Shown here piece after piece: positions 57,641 through 64,000 of a stretch of 64,000 nt of DNA. How positions within the stretch are numbered: position 1 is the stretch's first letter; each line of letters begins with the position of its first letter. Made by a program: the position numbers and the translations under genes. This stretch comes from an uncultured Campylobacter sp. Lineage in GTDB: Bacteria; Campylobacterota; Campylobacteria; Campylobacterales; Campylobacteraceae. The DNA is taken from contig CAURKZ010000004.1 in NCBI GenBank assembly GCA_963525605.1, positions 95,379-159,378 of the forward strand. The letters run 5' to 3'. The notes beneath the pieces were generated by a model. It had not been told where the DNA came from. It saw only the letters and a list, made by a program, of their open reading frames with translations, and did not search any database.

Positions 57641-60487
57641 ATGAACGATCTCATCACCATCACTGGCGCGCGCGAACACAATCTGAAAAATATAAATTTG
57701 CAAATTCCGAAGGATAAACTCGTCGTTTTTACCGGTCTTAGCGGCAGCGGCAAGAGCACGTTGGCGTTTGATACGCTATATGCCGAGGGGCAGCGCAGAT
57801 ACGTCGAGAGCCTAAGCAGCTACGCGAGGCAATTTTTAGACCGCGTAGGCAAGCCCGACGTCGATAAGATCGACGGTCTGACGCCTGCGATCGCGATCGA
57901 TCAAAAAACGACGTCGAAAAACCCGCGCTCTACGGTGGGCACGATCACCGAAATTTATGACTATCTGCGCCTCTTATATGCGCGCGTAGGGGTGCAGCAC
58001 TGCCACAAATGCGGCAAGCCGATCTCAAAGATGAGCTCCAGCGACATCATCGCCGAGATTATGAAGCTGCCGAGTGGCGCGAAGGTGATTTTGGGCGCGC
58101 CCTTGGTGCGCGAGAAAAAGGGCAGCTTCGCCGATATGTTGCAAAGCTTGCGCGAGCAGGGCTACGTGCGCGCTCAGATCGACGGCGTGCTAGTGCGACT
58201 GGACGAGGAGATCGAGCTGAGCAAGACGAAAAAGCACTCGATCAAGGTCATCATCGACCGCACGATCATCGACGAGGAAAATTCCATCCGTATCGCAAGC
58301 GACGTTGAAAAGGCGCTCAAGCTCAGCTTCGGCGAGCTTGAGGTGGAGATCGCAAACGCCGCCGAGCTTGGGCTCGCGCAGAGCCTGATCCACTACAGCG
58401 AGCATATGGCGTGCTTTGATTGTAAAATTTCATTCAAGCCGCTCGAACCGCTCGCGTTTAGCTTCAACTCCCCAAAGGGCGCGTGCGAGAGCTGCGATGG
58501 GTTGGGGATAAAATTTAGCCTCGATCTGGGCAAGATCATTAACGAAAATGCCTCGATCGAGGGCGGCGCGATCAAGGTAATGTCGGGATTTAACAAGAGC
58601 TATTACTATAAATTTTTGCTCGGATTTTGCGAAGCAAACGGCATAAACGTCAAAATCCCGTATGCAAGCTTAAGCGAGGAGCAAAAAAAGCTGATCCTCT
58701 ACGGCAGCGTCAAAGAGATCGATTTTTACTGGAAAAAGCATAAGCTCGTGCGTAAATTTGAGGGCGCGATTAAATACGCCTACGATCTGCTCAAAAACGA
58801 AAGCGATCTGGACGATTATATGAGCGAAAAAATCTGCCCAGACTGCGGCGGACTGCGCCTGCGTCCCGAAAGCCTAGCCGTAAAGGTCGCGGGGAAAGGC
58901 ATCGGCGACGTGATAAATATGAGTATTGCAGACTGCGTGGAATTTTTCAGCGACGAGAAGCGGTTTTCAAATTTAAGCGAAAAGGACGCGCAGATTGCGG
59001 CGCCGATCCTAAAAGAGATCAACGAGAGGCTGTTTTTCTTAAAGGACGTTGGGCTTGGATACCTCACGCTTGGGCGCGATGCGCGCACCATCAGCGGCGG
59101 CGAGGCGCAGCGTATCCGTATCGCAAGCCAGATCGGCTCTGGTCTTAGCGGCGTGATGTACGTGCTCGACGAGCCTAGCATCGGGCTTCACGAGCGCGAT
59201 ACGCAAAAGCTCATCAAGACGCTACGAAATTTACAGGAAAAGGGAAATTCCGTAATCGTCGTCGAGCACGATAAAAAGACGATCGAGGCGGCAGACTTCG
59301 TCGTAGATATCGGCCCAGGAGCGGGCAATCTAGGCGGCGAGGTCGTATTCGCAGGAGACGTCGCGCATCTGCTTAAAAGCAATACGCAAACCGCGCTGTA
59401 TCTGAACAACCAAAAGGAGATAAACTACCAAAAGCACCGCAAGCAGGAGCTTTGGCTAAGCATCAAAAACGTAAATATCAATAATATCCACGGCCTTTGC
59501 GCAAAATTTCCGCTGCGAAATTTAGTCGGCATCACGGGCGTTAGCGGCAGCGGCAAGAGCTCCTTGGTGCTGCAAACCATCCTGCCCACCGCGCTTGAGG
59601 AGCTAAATCGCGCTAGAAAGGTGCACGCGGTAAAGGGCGCTAAAATTTCGGGGCTTGAGAGCCTGGATAAAGTAATCTATCTGGATCAAACCCCCATCGG
59701 ACGCACTCCGCGCAGCAATCCCGCGACCTACACGGGGGTGATGGACGAGATCCGCGCGCTTTTCGCCGCGACGAAGGAAGCGCAGCTACGCGGATACAAG
59801 ATCGGTCGCTTTAGCTTCAACGTCAAAGGCGGGCGCTGCGAAAAATGCGCGGGCGAGGGCGAGATCACGATCGAGATGCACTTCCTACCCGATATCAGCG
59901 TCGTCTGCGACGTCTGCCACGGCACGAGATACAACGCGCAGACGCTTGAAATTTTATACAAAAACAAAAGTATAGCCGACGTTTTGGCGATGAGTATCGA
60001 CGAGGCGCTCGAGTTTTTCAAAGCCGTGCCTAAAATTTATCAAAAGCTAAAGACGCTCGCGGACGTCGGGCTCGGCTACGTTTCGCTAGGCCAGCCCGCC
60101 ACGACGCTTAGCGGCGGCGAGGCACAGCGCGTCAAGCTCGCCAAGGAGCTAAGTCGCACCGACACGGGTAACACGCTATATATCCTGGACGAGCCCACGA
60201 CGGGGCTGCATTTTGCAGACGTAGATCGCCTGGTAGCGGTGTTGCATCATTTGGTCGATCTGGGAAATTCCGTCTTTGTGATCGAGCACAATCTGGACGT
60301 CATCAAAAACTGCGATTATATCATCGACATGGGGCCTGAAGGCGGCGAGGGCGGCGGACGGATCGTCGCTTGCGGCACCCCAGAAAAGCTAGCAAAAGAT
60401 TTTAAAAAGACCGGTAGCTACACGGGGGAATTTTTGGCACAGGAGCTAGCGGCGATGAAAAGCGCAAGCAAAAATAAGCGAGGTTAA
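57641..60487 (+). CDS. uvrA: excinuclease ABC subunit A
   Basis: Two ABC modules (Walker [10 protein letters not shown] and GVSGSGKSS; signatures LSGGEAQR x2). Zinc modules CHKCGKP..., [14 protein letters not shown]...CDVCHG. Confidence 0.97.
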   Translation: MNDLITITGAREHNLKNINLQIPKDKLVVFTGLSGSGKSTLAFDTLYAEGQRRYVESLSSYARQFLDRVGKPDVDKIDGLTPAIAIDQKTTSKNPRSTVGTITEIYDYLRLLYARVGVQHCHKCGKPISKMSSSDIIAEIMKLPSGAKVILGAPLVREKKGSFADMLQSLREQGYVRAQIDGVLVRLDEEIELSKTKKHSIKVIIDRTIIDEENSIRIASDVEKALKLSFGELEVEIANAAELGLAQSLIHYSEHMACFDCKISFKPLEPLAFSFNSPKGACESCDGLGIKFSLDLGKIINENASIEGGAIKVMSGFNKSYYYKFLLGFCEANGINVKIPYASLSEEQKKLILYGSVKEIDFYWKKHKLVRKFEGAIKYAYDLLKNESDLDDYMSEKICPDCGGLRLRPESLAVKVAGKGIGDVINMSIADCVEFFSDEKRFSNLSEKDAQIAAPILKEINERLFFLKDVGLGYLTLGRDARTISGGEAQRIRIASQIGSGLSGVMYVLDEPSIGLHERDTQKLIKTLRNLQEKGNSVIVVEHDKKTIEAADFVVDIGPGAGNLGGEVVFAGDVAHLLKSNTQTALYLNNQKEINYQKHRKQELWLSIKNVNINNIHGLCAKFPLRNLVGITGVSGSGKSSLVLQTILPTALEELNRARKVHAVKGAKISGLESLDKVIYLDQTPIGRTPRSNPATYTGVMDEIRALFAATKEAQLRGYKIGRFSFNVKGGRCEKCAGEGEITIEMHFLPDISVVCDVCHGTRYNAQTLEILYKNKSIADVLAMSIDEALEFFKAVPKIYQKLKTLADVGLGYVSLGQPATTLSGGEAQRVKLAKELSRTDTGNTLYILDEPTTGLHFADVDRLVAVLHHLVDLGNSVFVIEHNLDVIKNCDYIIDMGPEGGEGGGRIVACGTPEKLAKDFKKTGSYTGEFLAQELAAMKSASKNKRG

Positions 60488-60508
60488 AACGCCTTATCAG
60501 GGGTAAGA

Positions 60509-61600
60509 ATGGATCAAAACAGGCTTGAGGAATTAAAAAGGTTACTACAAAAGCGACATCAAGAGCCGAAGCGGAGCTTGGAGCAAAATTCTAACGGCGA
60601 AAATTCTAAAGCCCCAAATTCTGAAATCCAGAATTCTGAAGTCTCAAATTTTGAAGCTTCGAATTTTAAAGCTCAAAATTCCGAAATCTCAAATTCTAAA
60701 TTCTTGAATTATAAATCTTCAGATTCTGAAGTCTCAAATTCTGAATCCATGAATTCTAAAGCTCCTAATTTCGCTACCGACGCTTTAAATTTAGAAGCCG
60801 AAGCGGATAAGAATTCCGCCTATGAAAATAACGCAGAGCCGCAAAATTTTATCTCGGATGGTAGCGGCTCTTTGCAACAGAATTCCAAAGCCAGGGACTA
60901 CGACAAAGAGCCGATAGTAATAAAAGATCATACTTATTACGAATTTATGATTTATCAATTTCCGGCGCTACTGGTAGGTTTTATTATATTTTTGACTTTT
61001 GCTACCATAGTAAATCCCGTTAGTCTTAAGACTTTTCGAATGCTTCCGTCTATATTGGTTTCATTGTTGACCGTAATTAGGGACAAAGACGGCATGTATT
61101 TTGAGTTTAAAAACGATAAAATTCTGTATTATTACAAAAACAAGATCCGTAAAATTTTAGAATTAAATAGTATAGGTGCGATGATAATTAGCTTTGATTG
61201 CAGGCACAGTATGCGGCAAAGGATAAATTGGTTTATAAAAATAGCACTACTTCTTTGGATTTTATTAATTTTTGCCGCCGATGCATACGATATGACAATC
61301 GGCGAAAGCATAACTGATATATTGTGTATTTTTGTTTTAGCTGCATCAGGAATTTTCGGAGCAAAGGCTATTATGCATCTGCTTAACGGTAGCCTCGGCT
61401 TTTTCGGTCTTCACGATCAGCTCGTGCTTTATAAGGAAAACGCCGAGGTTGAGATACTAAATATTTTGATGGCGAATAAAGAGGAGTATCTGCAGCTGAG
61501 AGATTATTTTATGCAGACGATGCAAAAAGATATAAGCAACCTGCAACGCACGATGTCGATTTTTAATGAAAAGATAGAATTTAGAAAATTTAAATTTTAA
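60509..61600 (+). CDS. polymorphic membrane-protein family, long member B
   Basis: 363 aa, 21 nt downstream of uvrA. N-terminus MDQNRLEELKRLLQKRHQEPKR plus pentapeptide repeats plus junction QQNSKARDYDKEPIVIK, then a diverged 4-TM module and tail EEYLQLRDYFMQ. Confidence 0.6.
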   Translation: MDQNRLEELKRLLQKRHQEPKRSLEQNSNGENSKAPNSEIQNSEVSNFEASNFKAQNSEISNSKFLNYKSSDSEVSNSESMNSKAPNFATDALNLEAEADKNSAYENNAEPQNFISDGSGSLQQNSKARDYDKEPIVIKDHTYYEFMIYQFPALLVGFIIFLTFATIVNPVSLKTFRMLPSILVSLLTVIRDKDGMYFEFKNDKILYYYKNKIRKILELNSIGAMIISFDCRHSMRQRINWFIKIALLLWILLIFAADAYDMTIGESITDILCIFVLAASGIFGAKAIMHLLNGSLGFFGLHDQLVLYKENAEVEILNILMANKEEYLQLRDYFMQTMQKDISNLQRTMSIFNEKIEFRKFKF

Positions 61601-61678
61601 AGGCGTATGTTATGGAAGCAAATTGAGAAGGCAAGGAAATTTTAGCCATTGCGGCTAGATAATAAAATTTCGTGTATC

Positions 61679-61712
61679 AAATTCCATCCCGCGATATTGC
61701 GGAATGGAATTT
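61679..61712. terminator. bidirectional terminator-like hairpin between convergent genes
   Basis: AAATTCCATCCCGC-gatatt-GCGGAATGGAATTT (14-bp stem, one mismatch) between the stops at 61600 (+) and 61775 (-). Confidence 0.5.
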
Positions 61713-61774
61713 GAAAGCAGCTCATTCGTAGCGAGTAAATCTAAACAGAATTTTAAAATTTAAATACCAAAGCC

Positions 61775-62212
61775 TTAGCCGTTATATCCTAAGCGGCGCA
61801 TATTTGCGCACGCGTCCTTGTAGCCGTAATAGCACGAGATACGGTATAGATCAATAGCGTTGAATTTATTTTGCTCCACGCCCTCACCTTTTTCAAACAT
61901 CGCTGCGAGCTTCTGGCAAGCAGGGAAGTTTTGGGAGAGCGTGCACGCAGCGTTGTAGGCGTTGGCGGCGGAAGCATAGTCGCGCTTGGAATACATAGAA
62001 TCCGCAAAATTTAGACACATTGCGCCATTGCCGTTTTTGCACGCATCGCTTTGCACGACGCTGCCTTGTAGGTTCATCGCACGGATACCGTCTTGAACAT
62101 CGGCGAAGGAATATTTGCCGCTCTTTGGCGCATCGACTGCGCTCTTTGGCGCGTTGCTAACGCAGCCTGCTAAAAACACCCCGGCAGCGATCAAAGCTAG
62201 AATTTTTTTCAT
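61775..62212 (-). CDS. Sel1-like-repeat, Cys-rich lipoprotein (Hcp-like)
   Basis: Start at MKKILALIAAGVFLAGC (lipobox LAGC). Paired Cys flank SLR-type helices (ACQKLAAMFEKGEGVEQNKFNAIDLYRISCYYGYKDAC). The longer ORF-track N-terminus is repeat-derived. Confidence 0.7.
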   Translation of the reverse strand: MKKILALIAAGVFLAGCVSNAPKSAVDAPKSGKYSFADVQDGIRAMNLQGSVVQSDACKNGNGAMCLNFADSMYSKRDYASAANAYNAACTLSQNFPACQKLAAMFEKGEGVEQNKFNAIDLYRISCYYGYKDACANMRRLGYNG

Positions 62213-62222
62213 ATTTTGCTCC

Positions 62223-62564
62223 TTAATTTTTTGAAATTTGGCGACCCAAAACGTAATAGGTCTCTTTGCCCGCGACCTTTTGTAGCTTGAGCTTAAATTT
62301 TTCCGACCAAGCGCTGATGATATCCTCAACAGCGGTCTTGCGCTCCTCATTCGTAGTGTCGTTTTTAATCTTAAAATACGGATTTGAATTCGACATAGCC
62401 ACGTGCGCACCGTAAATTTTAAGCTTATCGTTCAGCCCCACGATGCGATCAAGCTCGTTATCCTCAAAATCACACTTCGATAAAATTCCTCGCAGCTGCG
62501 CGACCGTCGCGTCGTTTACGCTATATCCTAGCGCTAGCAAAATTCCATCTTCACTCATTCTCAT
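62223..62564 (-). CDS. hypothetical protein (113 aa)
   Basis: Intact ORF immediately downstream of prfB with normal composition. No motif recognised. Confidence 0.5.
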   Translation of the reverse strand: MRMSEDGILLALGYSVNDATVAQLRGILSKCDFEDNELDRIVGLNDKLKIYGAHVAMSNSNPYFKIKNDTTNEERKTAVEDIISAWSEKFKLKLQKVAGKETYYVLGRQISKN

Positions 62565-62578
62565 CCTTTCAAAAAAAT

Positions 62579-63676
62579 TTATCTGTTCGCTTGTGAAATC
62601 AAAACGCCTTCGATTATGCTTTTTATATCGCCGTCTAAAATCGCATCGGTTTGGCTATAAGCCTCGCCGCTGCGGTTGTCCTTAACCTGCTGATACGGGA
62701 AAAGCACGTAGGAGCGGATCTGATGCCCCCAGCCAATCTCGCTTTTGGGCGCGCTCTCATCCTTCTCGCGCTGCTTCATCAGCTCAAGCTCGTAAAGGCG
62801 CGACTTTAACACCTTCATCGCCGTTTCTTTGTTTTTGTGCTGGCTTCTGTCGTTTTGGCAGTTTACTACGATGCCCGTTGGGATATGCGTGATGCGCACG
62901 GCGCTTTCGGTTTTATTGATATGCTGTCCGCCTGCGCCGCTTGCGCGAAACACATCGACGCGAATATCCTTCTCTTCGATATTTATCTCGATATCATCAT
63001 TTAGCTCGGGGCTTACCATTACGCTTGAAAAACTCGTGTGTCTGCGCCCTGCACTATCGAACGGGCTAACGCGTACCAGGCGATGGATGCCGTTTTCGGC
63101 TTTCAGATATCCGTAGGCGTTCTCGCCGCGCACGATGAAGCTGACATCCTTAAGACCCGCTTCCTCGCCCTCTTGAAAGTCCAAAACCTCGATCTTAAAG
63201 CCCTCTCGCTCGCAAAAGCGCAGATACATGCGGTATAACATACTCGCCCAGTCGTTGCTCTCCGTACCGCCCGCGCCCGGATGAATGCTGACAATAGCGT
63301 TTTTATCGTCGTTTTCGCCGCTAAGCATCATAGAAATTTCTAAATTTATGATCTTGTCCTCTAGCTCGTCCGCCTCGGCAAAAAGCGAGTTTATCGTCTC
63401 TTCGTCGTTTTCCGAGTTTGCCAGCTCATATAGAGCTTTTGCGTCGTCTACGGCATTTTTAACGTTTAGAAATTTATTTAAGATATTTGAAATTTTAGTT
63501 TTTTCCTTGCCGATAGCGCCTGCTTTTGCGACGTCCTGCCAGAGATTTTGATCGTTTTCAAGCTCCTCGATCTCTTTTAGGCGCGCTTTAATGTTCTCCG
63601 GTTTTACGACGCCTGCAATATTTTCGACTTTAGTATTTAGGGTTTTTAAAAGTTCCGTGTATTCGTAATTATCCAA
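62579..63676 (-). CDS. prfB: peptide chain release factor 2 (single uninterrupted frame)
   Basis: 365 aa. SPF tripeptide (RVSPFDS) and [19 protein letters not shown] motif. TTG start. Confidence 0.93.
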   Translation of the reverse strand: MDNYEYTELLKTLNTKVENIAGVVKPENIKARLKEIEELENDQNLWQDVAKAGAIGKEKTKISNILNKFLNVKNAVDDAKALYELANSENDEETINSLFAEADELEDKIINLEISMMLSGENDDKNAIVSIHPGAGGTESNDWASMLYRMYLRFCEREGFKIEVLDFQEGEEAGLKDVSFIVRGENAYGYLKAENGIHRLVRVSPFDSAGRRHTSFSSVMVSPELNDDIEINIEEKDIRVDVFRASGAGGQHINKTESAVRITHIPTGIVVNCQNDRSQHKNKETAMKVLKSRLYELELMKQREKDESAPKSEIGWGHQIRSYVLFPYQQVKDNRSGEAYSQTDAILDGDIKSIIEGVLISQANR

Positions 63677-63734
63677 AATTTAAGACCTTTTTATGCTTTT
63701 GGCGTGATTATAACATATTTTGGATTAAGGTTGT

Positions 63735-63971
63735 TTATAAAATTTTATTTAAGGCGGGCATTATTAAGCATTTATCTATTAGGGATATCAAAACCTGCTT
63801 GATATTGCCATGATTAATCAGTTTAAGCTCCGTCGAGAGATCGGGCAAGGGGTCGTTTAGTAGCAGTTTTAGCTTTGCTTCTTCTAGCTTCAACTTTTTG
63901 CAATCGGCTTTTTTGTCTTCAAGCATAGACACCACTAGTCTTAGCTTTTCTTTTGTCATTTCGCTTTGCAC
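63735..63971 (-). CDS. hypothetical small helical protein
   Basis: 78-aa ORF, Lys/Leu-rich, near the window edge. No motif. Confidence 0.3.
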   Translation of the reverse strand: MQSEMTKEKLRLVVSMLEDKKADCKKLKLEEAKLKLLLNDPLPDLSTELKLINHGNIKQVLISLIDKCLIMPALNKIL

Positions 63972-64000
63972 GAAAGCACCTTATACATGATAATAGAGCA

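Noticed and set aside
61775-62410. Long 211-aa version of the lipoprotein ORF, and the overlapping 62223-62564 frame conflict.
   Set aside because: The 66 N-terminal codons of the long version overlap the separate 113-aa gene and are Arg-rich nonsense. The internal ATG at 62212 gives a canonical lipoprotein signal peptide (LAGC).

Overview
This 64-kb chromosomal window reads as a non-jejuni Campylobacter. The evidence is gene content, gene order and very characteristic AAATTT/AAAATTT-core intergenic repeats. From memory, the order dksA-like/rlmH/accD, bamA/tyrA, M23 peptidase, lpxC, thrB, ylxR, infB, rbfA, rimP parallels the C. jejuni Cj0125c-Cj0138 neighbourhood; this needs checking.

I support about 65 protein genes and recognised no rRNA, tRNA, CRISPR array, IS element, integrase or prophage.

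The housekeeping backbone comprises:
- gatA (partial), guaB, metX, xseB, ribD
- the rimP-rbfA-infB-thrB-lpxC-bamA block
- accD, recO, galU, pgi, uvrA, prfB

Other functional units are a Tat-dependent PsrABC/PhsABC-type molybdoenzyme operon followed by a two-component system, a CDF metal exporter, two MFS transporters and an orphan CetB-like PAS protein.

The atypical content, in rough order of interest:
1. A minus-strand cluster (54.1 to 48.8 kb) contains three tandem signal-anchored Cys-motif paralogs whose tails are packed with Campylobacter-type N-glycosylation sequons (D/E-X-N-X-S/T).
2. A polymorphic membrane-protein family has three members (49618-50706, 60509-61600, 48779-49495). They share a conserved junction box 'KARDYDK(D/E)PI', and the two long copies have near-identical 5' modules. 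These 5' modules form ~420-bp inverted repeats bracketing a 9.8-kb segment that carries uvrA, an SPL-like radical SAM gene and a possible Mpg-like glycosylase.
3. Two tandem paralogs at 40.6-42.3 kb have identical promoter/5' ends, conserved 3' ends and diverged centres.
4. A visibly AT-rich island at 5.3-6.6 kb holds an ankyrin-repeat protein plus a small ORF.
5. An abundant AAATTT-core repeat family fills unusually long spacers, including 1.1 kb wedged between infB and rbfA. It has also apparently been inserted in-frame into housekeeping genes (C-N hydrolase, PNP-like nucleosidase).
6. An odd strand-asymmetric degenerate repeat block lies at 7.5-7.9 kb.

All functional calls rest on reading the translated ORFs for family motifs. 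No database search was possible. Repeat boundaries and identity levels are by-eye estimates.
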